From positions 90,706,001-90,770,000 of the forward strand of contig OX597816.1 in NCBI GenBank assembly GCA_951406725.2: a stretch of 64,000 nt of DNA, in the 5' to 3' direction. Below are positions 36,989 through 50,519 of this stretch, in pieces. How positions within the stretch are numbered: the stretch's first letter is position 1; each line of letters opens with the position of its first letter. A program made the position numbers and the translations under genes. Origin of the DNA: Octopus vulgaris. Lineage: Eukaryota. The notes below the pieces were generated by a model. The model was given only the letters and a program-made list of their open reading frames with translations. It had not been told where the DNA came from and made no database searches.

Positions 36989-37279
36989 TGTCTATTTGTA
37001 AATTAAAAATAAATTTCGTTTTCCGGGTGTTGTTTTTGTAATCTCGACAAATGCTGTCTTTAATAGACAGGCAAAGTTGTTGAACCTTACTAGTGAATAT
37101 TTGTATCACCAAGAGCCTCTCAAGTTATCTTTGACATCTGGTGGTCATGCAGAATTTGGTGTCAGAATGCGTCCGACAAAATAAATCGTAACAAACGTAC
37201 ATTCAAACATAGAAAATAAAACTGTTCGCCATCCATCCATTCATCCAACCAGCCAGCAATCTATTCTCATATATATGCA

Positions 37280-37735
37280 TACACACATTCATCACATCGC
37301 AGCTAAAAAGATACGCCTTCGCTATTCAGGAACGGCAAATAGCTACTAAATACCTGATCAATAGAAAAGATAAAGATGCCTTCAACCCACCACGTTGTGA
37401 TAGATAATGACGATTGTACTATGCGTGGAAGATATCATCCAGATCACAACAGCTGCTCCAAAATGCTCGCAAGATACTAACATTTCATGAGCACGACATT
37501 CATGCCAAAACTATTTACAATGCTATTCGTTGAAAGGATTGTCCTGACTGCAATGCAAAAGACCCTGAACGCTCTCACATGTTCAAAACAAAGGATTACT
37601 GCTGGAATATTCGAATAAAAATATCAACCCTATGAAAACGAAAGCGCACAGTGTTGATAATATTCTGTGGGACAAGGAGCTAAAAATCATGCGTTGTTGT
37701 AGACGTCAGGAGCCATAGAATTCGTGACTAAGTTC
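37280..37735 (+). mobile_element. Degenerate R4/Dong-like knuckle/RLE fragment
   Basis: KRYAFAIQERQIATKYLINRKD, HDIHAKTIYN, YCWN and ILWDKE in the expected order. Confidence 0.6.
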
Positions 37736-37945
37736 TCTTTTGTACCTATTGCTACAGGCGCACTGTGCTAACTTATATGTTTACGTGTATGTATGTATTT
37801 ATGTATGTATGTATGTATGTATGTATGTATGTATGTATGTATGTATTTATGTACGTACGTACATATGGATTAATTTTGAGATTCACCAAAGAAACACAAC
37901 TTACGAGTGTGTGTGTGTAGGTATGTATATATATACATATATAAT

Positions 37946-38837
37946 ATATTGTTATATTTCGGAATGGTCATTTTGCCAGTTTAGCCAATAAAAACACACG
38001 CACTATATATTTTGTGTTATTTTGCTTCAGTGTTATTTATTTTTTACATTAATCTTAATCTTATTTCGGCCAGAGTTCTTTCGTCACACTCCTGTTTTGT
38101 TTGTATATGTTTTTTTCTAAGAAACTCAATCGGGTCCAGACTACTATATAGGATCTTGTGATCGGACGAGGTAACTGTCAGGAAGGGATGTTCTCATCAC
38201 CCCTTTCTGCTCATCGATCGCCTACGCGAGCACTTGCCTCTTGACCCTATTGAATTTGGCTAAACTGGCAAAATGACCATTCCGAAATATAACAATATCT
38301 GTTTCAACACACGACTTCACATAAAAAATCTTGCACAACAAATATATAAACGTTCTTTCAACATGTGATCTCTTGAGCACCACCAGCAAAAATATTGTTT
38401 TCCTCTGTCTTCCCTTCTCGGGATCTTTCCTTCTCCTTGCTTCCGACGAAGAGCTCCGCTCGAAACGTTAAACCCTCCTTCCCTTCTTTCCTGAGCGTCA
38501 AATAATACTTTATTTGTTCCACGTCCTCGCGTTGCTGTGTTTTTTTCTGTGTTTTCTTGTTTGGATTAAATATATATATATATATGAATAACAACCACGA
38601 TTGAGAATTATATAAAATCTTGCAAATGTTCGGTTTGGCCAAGAAAGTAAAAAGCAAATTAACTGACACCTCCAAATTCAATAGGGTCAAGAGGCAAGTG
38701 CTCGCGTAGGCGATCGATGAGCAGAAACGAGTGATGAGAACATCCCTTCCTGACAGTTACTTCGTCCGATCACAAGATCCTATATAGTAGTCAGGACCCG
38801 ATTGAGTTTCTTAGAAAAAACATATACAAACAAAACA
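37946..38837. mobile_element. Rearranged Penelope-like insertion with two interlocked inverted repeats
   Basis: 37946-37988 is the exact reverse complement of 38256-38298; 38093-38259 is the reverse complement of 38672-38837 (about 4 mismatches); half of a hammerhead-like motif lies at 38061-38094 (minus). Confidence 0.6.
38400..38585 (+). mobile_element. Penelope-like pseudo-LTR 3' fragment with hammerhead-like motif, ending in (TA)n
   Basis: CCGACGA-A-GAGC-TCC-GCTC-GAAA-CG-TTA; same family as 8235-8400. Confidence 0.62.
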
Positions 38838-39630
38838 TGCATTAATTTATTGTAGGATATGTTAATAATAATTCACAAAAAACACCCGTATATATGCATC
38901 ATTACCAATACTCCCGTATTCACAAATTCTTGGAGATATTTTAACTCAAGCAAAGAAGCCCTTGTCAGTTTTTCGGTTAGCGACTGGACTAGAATCTCAA
39001 AGAAACACACACACATACGCACATACATAAACACACTCTCACACACACAATTTGTAAAGTTTGTATACTAGTTGACATTTTACGAAAGGTGCACTAGTCA
39101 CTCATCACACAGACACACACAACCATGTATTGTGAGATGCATCCAGACAGACAGTCGTAATGATAATTGCAGCGTGTTGTAGAGTAAATGCTTTTGGTAA
39201 TAAGCTTTATTCAGTAACAGACTGCAGCCAGCTACTAACACAATGTATAACTTCAAATGCTTGAGTCAATAATAATTTTACCATAGTCACTTAGAGAAAC
39301 TTATCTATGTACTGTAAGTGGAATCACGAGATGATAATTATGACATTATTTCACAAGATTCCTTGCAAAAAATTCAATCGCTAATAAGTTTTGAACTTAT
39401 TAGTAGCACTCTCACAAATAGCTCTGGCTTGTACAGTGAGTTCGTATAGGCCAAAACATGATTCTACAGAAACTGCAATGGTTGGACAGTGTTGATGCAC
39501 ATTCACTAAATTGATTTGATTCTGACACATTGTGTTGGATGGCCGCTGAATCTCCTGAGTTCATATTCTATTTTAACGGATTTTGTATTTCACCAGTCAG
39601 AGTGTCCGCAAGCTAGCTTGGTAGATTGAC

Positions 39631-39860
39631 AGCTGGCAGAATCGTTAGCACGCCGAGCGAAATGCTTATCAGTATTTCGTCTGCTGCTACGTTCTGAGTT
39701 CAAATTCCGCCGAGGTCGACTTTGCCTTTCATCCTTTCGGGGTCGATTAAATAAGTACCAGTTACCCACTGGGGTCGATGTAATCGACTTGATCCATTTG
39801 TCTGTCATTGTTTGTCCCCTCTGTGTTTAGCCCCTTGTGGGTAGTAAAGAAATAGGTATT
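39631..39860 (+). mobile_element. Meta-domain-like tRNA SINE, tail type B
   Basis: agctggcagaatcgttagcacgcc...gagttcaaattcc (B box)...gcctttcatcctttcggggtcgattaaataagtaccag; tail tttagccccttgtgggtagtaaagaaata. Confidence 0.88.
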
Positions 39861-39976
39861 GTTGCCGATGGCTCGGCCAAACACAAGTTGTCGTGGTTTG
39901 CATAATACATGATTATTAGTAGCAGATAGCTGTTATTTCCCTGACCTGCCACAAAATTTACTAGTAAGCACATATA

Positions 39977-40198
39977 CGAGGGGGTGTTTAAAAGTTCCTG
40001 GTTTTGGGTAAAAGAAAATACAGGAGGATCAGTTATTTATGATTGTATTCAACATATCCCCCCCCCCATTAGATTCATACACTTACTTGCAGCGGTCTTT
40101 CAGTTTTTCTAAGCCCTGAGAAAAATCTCCGAAGGCTGGACCGCCAACCAGGCATTTCGCGATGCTCTTAAAGCCAGGAGCTTTTCAGCATCCTTTCG
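39977..40198. mobile_element. mariner-type MITE
   Basis: TA|CGAGGGGGTGTTTAAAAGTTCCTGGTTT ... AAAGCCAGGAGCTTTTCAGCATCCTTTCG|TA: imperfect ~29-bp TIRs with TA TSD. Confidence 0.8.
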
Positions 40199-40223
40199 TA
40201 TACATTTTCAGATGCAAACAAAA

Positions 40224-40306
<83 letters not shown>

Positions 40307-42349
40307 GAAATTCAAATACACATCTATGCCTACGCTCATACGCATACAAGGGTAAAAACATATTTTTACTAGGAAATGGTTGACAGGTGCATCGAAGCTA
40401 TGTTGTCCTCATCGGACTGTCCGAATAAGACTAAGTAGCCGAAACTTCGAAGTAAATGTCAACGTTTTACTGGTAAAAAAGTATGTTACTGTACTGGAAA
40501 GAATTGAGCGATCTTTGAATTTAATATTTGACTGTTTTTATATATGATTATATATAAAAACAAATATTAATAACATATTTGTACGTGCATAAAAACATAT
40601 ATGCACAGTCACGTATATATGTGTATTTTAGACATGTACACCAACTAATCTACTTAAAGATTGTAATTATTTAATTAGTTTAAATATAAAATGTAATGCT
40701 TCTTAGTACTTTGTAGCAAAAAATTTTTAAATGTCTGCAATAAAATTGGTGTGAATCTAATATTACTACTATAGTAATAAGAAAAATGGCAATAAAAGCA
40801 AATAAGCATATTATTTCAATATTATTAATTTAATTAAACTTATGACTGTTTCGAGATGAAAACCTGCCTTAAAGTTTGTAAAGTTGAAGAATGTTGCTAA
40901 AAATTTTCTTGATATGGAATATTTATGCTGATTAATTTATTGTAAGACATTTCCTTTTTTCAATATCGGCAGACAACTTCAGTTTCACTTTCTATTCATT
41001 TACGTAATAAATATTTTTTTTTTGTTTTAGATATTGAATATTATATCTTGTACTCCTATTCCCAAATTCCACGTACTTTCCTCACTGATTTATAAATTCT
41101 TGTTTTTCATTATAGTTAAAAATTATAGTTAAAAATTCATTATTGCATCCTCTTCTATTATTAGGTTATGTTATTCAGGATAATTTTCAATTCAATTAAA
41201 TGTTTGTTCGTAGATTTATTTATTTCAATAAAAGTAAAATAAATATTTATTTGTGTATCCAATATATTTAACTGATTTCAGCAATAACTACTTAGCTTTA
41301 TTAGAGAACATTCCTGGATGGGATAATGATAATGAGATAATGTGCTATGTTTATGTGTGTGTATAAATACAAAGAGGTGTGGTTTAATGCGAACGTGGGT
41401 GTATGTGTATGTTGTCAGTATCCTGTCATCGTTAAATCAGATCTGTCTAGGTGCAAGAAAAGGTTATGCGTGCCGCATTATACGTGCGTGACTTCAGAGT
41501 CTCAATTGTGAGGAACGAAGTATATCCCGTTTCTTCTTTCGTTTTATGCACCAGTATAAAATTCACACAAAGGTTTCTTAGTAGAAGGAATAAAATACAG
41601 AAAAAGAAACCCAGACAACAAATGAATAGAAAAAAAGAAAAAAAAAAGAGAAAGAAAGAAAAAGAAACGCTTCTCCTAAAGTTGTCAGAATTCATTTGGA
41701 TCTTCGCTTGAGTGCTTATTCACAAATGTCTCACTGTCGAGATGTTGTATAAAAGGGCCCCCATACGTAGCTGGAGTGAAAGCTTAACTAAAAAAGAACA
41801 ATAGGTCGGCTAGCTATACGTCAGATTATTGTTATATTAACACTCTGATAATAAACGAATGCTCACTTTCTCTTTGTTCGTATAGTTTCATTGACAATGA
41901 TTCTCCAGGCAAATGCCGCACAGCTCAATATAGTGAATCCTCTTCTCTTATGATTGGTAGACCCTCCAACAGGTAGATTAGCTTGCACACAAGCACATAA
42001 ACATACTAGACATATAAATTGTCGCTATAATTAGCAAAATGTAACACTCGGGAGGGTTAGTAAATTGTAAAAATGAGACAATTTGACCTAAAGTTTTATC
42101 CATAAAAATACATTGCAGGAAGTGGGTTGGGCTTTCCAGTCTCATTTCCTCATTCTTTTTCAATGTCATATTCTCCTCTTTCTATTTCATACTTTTTTTT
42201 TCTTCTTTATCTAACTTTATTTTAAGTTGTGTTATATATCTCTGAAATGTCAGGACGTGACAATGTAAATATTTTAAATAGCGGTTATTTTTTTTAATGA
42301 TTTCAATTGTGTACACGAATGAATTATTTGCTCTGATATGATGAAGATA

Positions 42350-43620
42350 AAGAAGATAGTGATGCTGTAAAAAAATAATAAAAAAAAAGAAAAGAAAAAG
42401 ACTAAATCTTACTCCGAGTTCATCGTCTATTATTCAAGGGAATGGAGAAAACTTAGCAAATGATTATCTGCTCGAGTGAATTGAGAGAAATTTAGAAGCT
42501 TCTCGGTTGAGGTTTAGAAGTCGAAGCCTATTTACAAGATTACTTCCATAAATAAAGAATTGCCAGAAATAACTATGTTTGAGGGAATATATGAGTTATA
42601 TTGAGGTCGGCGTATCAGTACAAGTTGTATTGTTACTTTTCTATCTCTGAGAAAAATTTAACAGCTATTTTCGCGTGAATATCACTTTAGGAGAATGAGA
42701 GAAAAAGAGGATGTTATTGATGTATCAAGGTAATTAGAAGTGATTGTACATGTAGCGCCTATATTATGGTAGTTGGAACTTGATTCAACAACAAACTGCT
42801 CCCGCCGCATATCCAAGAGGTCTTTGAGTATTTACTTTCATTGGATAGGTATCCGTGGGTATAGTTTCTATCCAGCAAGTGACGATGTGAAGGTCGTTGC
42901 TTTTATCTTCTTATAATTTACTTTGGAGGGAGAGATGACATTCACAAGCAGCGTTAGCATTCCAGAATAGAATTATTTGTAGAACGGAATTCATTCTTTA
43001 TTTTGGACGAATAGTTTTTGCGAGAGTTCTAAGTGTGTTTCTATAGTTTTTCCACTTGAATATTTTTCAGTGTTTACTGTGTATATTGTAGAGATGTTCA
43101 GCAATGAGTATAAGAAAGTGTACTGCTGTTAGAGTTTAGAACTATTTTGATTTTTGTTTGTTTCTGAGATGTTGCGAGAGCAATAATTTCTTCAATCTTT
43201 AAAAGTCTGAGATTATGTCAGGCCCTGAAGCAATGACAATTTTAAACTTCTCTGTTGCTTTTCTGGAATCTGATTGAAAGGGACACGGATTTGTGTATGT
43301 TGAAGGTACATATCTTGTGCTTTGTGTTTCTGTCATCTTCGTGTGTTTTTTATGATTAATTTTCAATGCTTTTGAGTGGGGCGTTTGCTTGCTGTTGGCC
43401 TTTGGGTTTATTATACGAAGTTATTATAGTGACGTGTGACAAGGTGTGGCTGTTGTTGGAGCTGTTGATGTTGCTAATTGCTTTGCTTTGTGGTTTATTT
43501 TACCAGTTTTTTCATTGTTCTTTTTTTCCTTGTTTAGTTTCTTGAATTGGATTTTGTCTCCATTATGTGTAATGTGGAGTTTGTGGTTGAGCTTGTCTGT
43601 TTTTTTTTTATCAGACTGAC
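42350..43620 (-). mobile_element. Highly degenerate Penelope-like RT relic (tentative)
   Basis: Minus-strand fragments NIHKS followed by IVIASGP, in the order of the PLE LPKIHK/RPIVAGP motifs; many stops. Confidence 0.3.
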
Positions 43621-44094
43621 ATTGTATAATATAGGTTATGTTGATAATACATCGTGGGGCATGCTTTGAGAAGTTACATAATTTCCATTGCACACACACA
43701 GATATACATATATTTATGCATATATGTATATGTGTGTGCGAGTCTGCACGTGTGTGTGTGTGTGTGTATATTGCACTACCTATGTTGGTGATAATGTTAT
43801 TACAGAATCTTGCGACTTTTGGTGAAAACAGTTCCATCATTGGCTTTTGAACCTAGTGAAAATAATTTATTTCCATTCATATTGAGATATGGGTAAGAAA
43901 ATGTTTTGCGGTTGTGGGAGGGATATTGTTTGCTATCTTAACTAAGTGTGAGCAATAGAACATGTTTGGATGTGTTCATGTGGTTGTTTAGTGTATAGAA
44001 GGAGCCTGATTGTTTTATTACATCATTTCTTGTGTTATATGTTTAAGGATTTGTTCTATGTATTAAAATTATCCTCTTAAAATTGTTCGGGCGT

Positions 44095-44308
44095 AGGACA
44101 GCGAGCTAGCTGAATCGTTAGCACGCCGGACAAAATACTTAGCGGCATTTCGTCTCTTTGCGCTCTGAGTTCAAATTCTGTGGAGGTTGACTTTGCCTTT
44201 CATCTCCTCGGGGTCAATAAAATAATTATCAGTCGATCATTGGGTTCAATGTAATCGACTAAATCCCTCCCTCGAGTTTTCTGGCCCTATGCTAAAATTT
44301 AAAACCGA
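44095..44308 (+). mobile_element. Meta-domain-like tRNA SINE
   Basis: gcgagctagctgaatcgttagcacgccgg...gagttcaaattc...gactttgcctttcatc. Confidence 0.83.
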
Positions 44309-45882
44309 TGTTGTGTTCAAGAGTGAGTTAAATCAGATGAGTTGCCCAATGGGACGTGTGGTGAGGCTGGTGGTGTGTAATTATACCACATCAATGTGTT
44401 TCGTGTTGCTGTTTATCTTATTTTGAATGTCTGCCTTTCTACGGTATTGTCTTTCCTTATTAGTTTTCGGTAGTTGTCTTTGTCCTGGATGCATGATTGC
44501 ATGCTTTTTAAGAGGCCACCTCTAAGTTTGGAATGTCGTGCCTGAGTGGGGTATAATTAAGGTTATAAGAAGCTCTGAGTCTTGTGTTTACAACACAGAC
44601 CAAGCTTGGAACATTTACACGGTTGTCAATCATACATTACCACCTAAATAAAGGAGAGTCATTTCACAGAGTGCAATCCCAGATATCTTGTGTTTAAAAA
44701 AACAAGCAAAATAAATTCAAGATAGATAAAATGATAGGACAAAATAAAAGTTGGGATGGTCAAGGCTGGAACACTTGTCAAAAGAACTTGCAACACAGCA
44801 ATTGTGAAGAAAAAACAAAACAAAACAAAATATATGGTAGAAATATTTACTTTAACCTAACTAAAGCTTTGGTTGAAATTATTTGGGGAATAAAAAACCC
44901 CGTTTTCCATATATAAAATGTATTATGGAAAAACATTAGGAAAAAGAGAATATGAATTGTATGACTAAACTGAAAGTGATTAGAACCAGTATTAGAATAA
45001 ATGACCGAATGTTAAATTTTATGTGAAACATAGAAATCCAAACAAAACGCTCATTAATCATATGTCTTCTGATAATTATATTCATAATGTACTCTCGAAA
45101 ACGTTGTGAAACTATTTATGGTAAACGAAAAGCTGATATTAAATGAAAGAACAATTATGTATTAAATAAATAAGAGTTGATGCCCTAAGAGAATCTTGAA
45201 ATCATGACAATGGAAAAGATACTTATAAAGAAAGGAATACAGGGAAAATGCTTTGAAATGTGATGTATTTTTAGATTAAAAACTAATTGTTATAAAATCT
45301 CATTTACAATTCGCAATTTTATATATGTGAAACAGAAATTATTTACTGATTTCTAAAATTAATTCATACCCTCTATCCTTATGTGAACTTTTGATGGTGT
45401 AATGTGTATGTTATAGAGTTCTTAAGTTTAATTCTCCTGTATTGCCTTGCCGTTAAATAATATTGAGAAAAAAAAAATGAAAATGAAAGTGAGAAAAAAT
45501 TTCAGTATTTTAATTTTTGTTATCAGTGATGTGATACTTATACAACTAATCGTAATGTAAATAATAGATATGATGCAATTCATAGCTTTTGAATTAATTA
45601 CCAGAATACGAATTTTAGGCTAATGGCATTCACAAGAAGTAACGCGTCTGGAATATTGACTGTCACCTACTCTGAAAATCGTTACTCATAATCATTTCAG
45701 TTCAAAGAAAGAAAAAGGTCCTCTGCTTTTGTGTGGTTTGCATGATAGACTCACGGGGGAATAGTGGAATAGTAAAAAATCCAATTATCTTATTAACGTA
45801 AACATGTAACTAACTCAGCTTTTAACACATTCATTGATCACATATATAATCTTTTGATTCATTTGTTAACCTTTTGGTTAAT

Positions 45883-47620
45883 CATCATCATCTGGTCGAG
45901 CATGCTCAGACATTTTCGACCCACAGACGCCATCCATTTCGGTCCTGCATTACTTGAGAAAGGTATTCAGTGAGGTATCCAGTGTCACTAGTGAGTTTGT
46001 CTACGTATGTTGTGTTCGGATGACTTGCTCGAATAAGGCCGTGCTTTGGTACCCATAGCTGTAGGTCACTTGCTAGCTCTTATTTAGCTCGCCAGCAATG
46101 TCCCGCAAAGTGCAAGCATTTTCCCCTTTTAATGTTGGAAACAGACACAAGATCTCCATGCAGCTGTTTCTAGGCGGGATGAATTCTTCAAGATATATTT
46201 AAGACTGTTCTTAACATTAGGGTGTAAGTTCCACCAAGTTTGGATTTCAGAGTTTTGGCAAGCGTCCAGGCTGTTGCTCCATATAAAAGGACTGACTCTA
46301 CCGTTGCACAGAAAAAAAATCTTCTTAAGGTTGTCTGATAGCGTTGATTTCCAGGCAACATCCAATTTGTTTAAGGCCATCCATGCTTTAGCTATGCGAG
46401 TTTTTAAAAAAATCCTTTTCAGAGGCTGTCTCAGAACCGAGGTACATGAAATCTTAAACTTAACTGATAGTGTTTCCACAGATGCTGGCGATGGATCCTT
46501 GTCGATTATGAGTAAACCAACATCATGTGTTGTTGATTCTAGTCTCTGAAGTAATTGAGTTGAGTCTGACATTGTCAGAAAGCAAGCCTAAATCATCAGC
46601 ATAGCCTACACCAGCTATTTTTTGAGGTGGTTATCCGATCGATCTTTACGCGTGTGTGAAACTAAGGTTGTTTATATTGTCAAATGATGTTCTCAGGATA
46701 TAATCCAGAGTGATCACGAAGAGAAATGGTACCAGTGTGTCCTCATGGAGAACTCTAGCTTTGATATCAAAGAAACTTTTGTATGTCTCTGGGACCTTAC
46801 CATAGATTTGGTGTTATTATAGAGCATCGTAATTGTTGCTGTTGTTTCTTGGAGAGAGTCAAAAGCTTTTGAGAAATGAACAACCAGTAACACTGCTTCG
46901 AAATTTCTGGCATTTACTCTTTCAAGTAGACGAAGAACTGTTAAGTATCTGTCCGGCAGTTCCAATTTTTCTGCATTTTGATTTCTTCTCAAAACTTTCT
47001 CAATTCATGTTGAGTAGGCGTGAATTACAAATTTTTGCAGCGATGGCTCTAAGAATGAGGCTTCTGTAGTCCTTTTTGAGAACCAGGTCGCCTTTCTTTG
47101 GAAATGGGAGTATGCATCCTTCTGTCCATTTTTCGATGTTGATTACATTGTAGATTGTATTGTTGATGCCCCAGAGAATATCATTGAATTCTCCTGTTTT
47201 GCAGACCAACTGGAATGTTATCAAGTCCAGCAGTCTTTCGGCTTTTGGTGTTTTTAAGGACCACTTTCAATCCGGCAATGGTGAAATAGCCAGTTATGTC
47301 ATCAAGGGTGTGGTGAATAGTTGATGCTACATATGTATCAAGCAAATTTCGAAAATGATCCCTCCACTTTTCTAAGCGTTCATGTGGATATTTAGCTTTA
47401 ATTTCTGACTTGGAGTTTTTGTGACCGCTTGTTCCGTTTACTGTCTGCCAGGCTAATGATATCTGCTTGTTTGCAGCAGTTTGTATAATTTGATTGATTT
47501 TACTTTGGATGTAGCTTTATTGTTGAGATTGATATCGGTCTATCAGTTCTCCTTGCAGCCTTCTGAAATTAGCTTCATTTGAGGGCTTTACGTGTATAAC
47601 TTGAGCCGCTCCTTTGAGGT
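45883..47620 (-). mobile_element. Degenerate RTE-clade LINE (RT and 3' end with (GAT)n tail)
   Basis: KWTEGCILPFPKKGDL..DYR..AIAAKICN, AVLLVVHFSKAFDS, YADDL, RIAKAWMALNKLDVAWKSTLSD, HFAGHCWRA, MQDRNGWR, then (GAT)n. Confidence 0.88.
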
Positions 47621-48013
47621 GTTTTGGTTAATATCGTGTCAAAGTTGGGTGAATATTGGTTCAAATATATCTTTCCAACATTGAGACGTCATCGAATGTA
47701 CTTCTACTTTTTCGAATTGTTTTCGATAATATTAACAAAATTAGTGCTTTCGATAGCGATAATTATATTTTTCGATGCATAACTGTATAAGATTGTTAAA
47801 AAAAGGACATTTATGATTTCTCGAAAGTTTGCTTCTAAGTCGCATAAACAAATATTTCGCTGCTTCATGTAAAACCTACTTAATATACCGAATGACTATA
47901 AAATTTCAGTTTGATAATTAATATATTATTTTGTTATTTTAAACGTGTTTCTAATCTAAATCAAATGCTATCATTGATAGCAATCTATCCAAACTTCAAC
48001 GCAGGCAACGAAG

Positions 48014-48077
<64 letters not shown>

Positions 48078-48894
48078 ACTTCCAAACAGACAGCAGTTGC
48101 ATAACGTGCAAACTGTAAATTTTCACTCATTGAAAATGTAGTGTTTACTGATATTTTATATACAAAACCTCTGTTTTTAGTGTAAACAGTTGTTTGAAAG
48201 ATGGATATCGGATATTTTTTTTTTGAAATTAAGCACGAACGGAAGCTGAGCGAAAGGCAGGTCGTATGTATATAAATATAAACAGACACATATGCATACG
48301 CACATGTACAAGTATACATGCACAGGCACATACAACGAGACTCACAAAGATTCTGTCTAAAAAATTCCACTTTCGAAGCATTGTTTAGTGAGGAATTACA
48401 ACTGAAAACTTGCACAAGACGCTGGCCGGTGGGATCAAACTAGGAACCCCTTAGTTGCTAAGTGTTCTTTTTAACTACATGGCTATGTCTACACAAACCT
48501 ACTTGCGAGCATACTTATATACATACATGTATACATACAAGCGTGCATACTTACAAACGTACAAACACATACACACACACACACACACGCACACATATAC
48601 ACACATGCACACACGTGCACGCACACCCATTGCTGTTAAGGAGTACTGAAAATCATAATGGTGTATTTGGGCTGATCCAGTCGACTGTCACTCGAGGAAC
48701 TTCTAGAGTAACAGTTAATTAGATTGGCCCAAATAAATTGCATGCGAACGCGCGCCCGCACACATACGCATACACACAAGCACGCACACACAAGCATGCA
48801 CACACATACGTATAAATATATATATATATAAATGAATGCATCTTTCTCTCTGTGTCTCTCCCTGCCTCCCCATCTCTCCTCTCTCTCTCTTTCT

Positions 48895-48943
<49 letters not shown>

Positions 48944-48944
<1 letters not shown>

Positions 48945-49004
48945 GTTCCACGTCCTGCGTTGCTGTGTTTTTTTCTCTTTTTTTCTGTTTTCTTGTTTGG
49001 ATTA

Positions 49005-49042
<38 letters not shown>
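48944..49042 (+). mobile_element. Penelope-like 3' terminus inside (TA)n
   Basis: gttccacgtcctgcgttgctgtgtttttt...ttcttgtttggattaa(TA)n is nearly identical to 38516-38585. Confidence 0.65.
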
Positions 49043-49045
<3 letters not shown>

Positions 49046-49875
49046 GTGTGTCTGTACACACTCATATACATATATATGTATGTCTTTCTGCTTGCCTGTA
49101 TGTTTGCATGTACGTATGCTTGTTTGTACATATGTATTATAGTACACACACACACACACACACACAGAGTTACATGCACACTTCACACATACACTCACAT
49201 AAACACTCATGCACTCACACAGCTGCACTCATTACCACAGATTGTATTGGACGTCGTTTAATAAAATGCTTCAATCTCCAGTAGTTAATTTAATGTGGCC
49301 ATTTAGTGTACGACGGTGGTGGCAGTGCTGCTGCCGCTGTTACTGAAGCTATCCAAACTATCACTGTTCTTGCTCCTGCTTCCATTGCAGATGGAAGAAG
49401 GTTGATGCTACCTCAGTTAGGTCACTATCAGTTGCTACTGAAGAGACGGACATGACATGTGCGTGTAAGATGCAAAAGAAGAAAGAAAAAAAACAACAAC
49501 AACAAAATCAACTAAAAATAAAAAAAAGAAGAAGCAAAAACAAGGGAGAAGAGCAGGCAAGTGGAAAATGTAGGAACAGTGAATAGAAGTAGCATAGAAG
49601 ACGAGTGGAATCCTATTAATACGTGAATTTCGGTTGATGTCTATCAGTAATTGACTACAGATGGGATACAACATACACGCAGAGAAACGCTTTCAGATGT
49701 ACATACATAATCACAATAGTATTTGGAGATGTATGTTTAAGAATGATCGTTGAATAAACCAAACAATTTTTGCTGTAAAGTATTCTCGTGATAGGTGGAT
49801 ATGCAAATGTGTGCGCAAAACATAGAAAGATGCTGTATGGAATAATCACAAATATAAACAATAATTTACAATTTG

Positions 49876-49877
<2 letters not shown>

Positions 49878-49950
<73 letters not shown>
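49878..49950. repeat. (TTA)n microsatellite
   Basis: Direct reading. Confidence 0.97.
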
Positions 49951-49957
49951 CACTATC

Positions 49958-50463
49958 ATTAGCGAGTCGGATAAAATGCGGAACGGCATTTCTCCCGGCT
50001 TTGTCTCTCAGTGTTCAAATTCGTACTGGGTTCAAATTCCGCATACGTCGTCTTGGCCTTTCAACCTTTCTGGAGTGATAAAATAAGTACCAGTCAAGCA
50101 CTTCGTTGTTGTAATCGACTAGCCCTCTTTACCCTACAAATTACTGGAAAGGTACCAATGGTAGGGATTCGTCTTCTTCTTGTTGTTCTTCTTGTTGTTC
50201 TTCTTCTTCTCATGATCATAGTCATCATTATTGTTGTTACCATTATTATTAAGGTGGCGAGCTGGCAGAATCGTTAGCATACCGGGCGAAATGCTTAGCG
50301 ATATTTCGTCCGTCTTCATGTTCTGAGTTCAAATTCCTCTGAGGTCGACTTTGCCTTTCATCCTTTCGGGGTCGATAAAATAAGTACCAGTTGAATACTG
50401 GGGTCAATGCAATTGACTATCCCACACTCCCAAATTTCAGGCTTTGTGCCTATTGTAGAAAGG

Positions 50464-50519
<56 letters not shown>

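Noticed and set aside
41748-41757. TATAAAAG TATA-box match
   Set aside because: Expected by chance in AT-rich DNA; no supported downstream gene.
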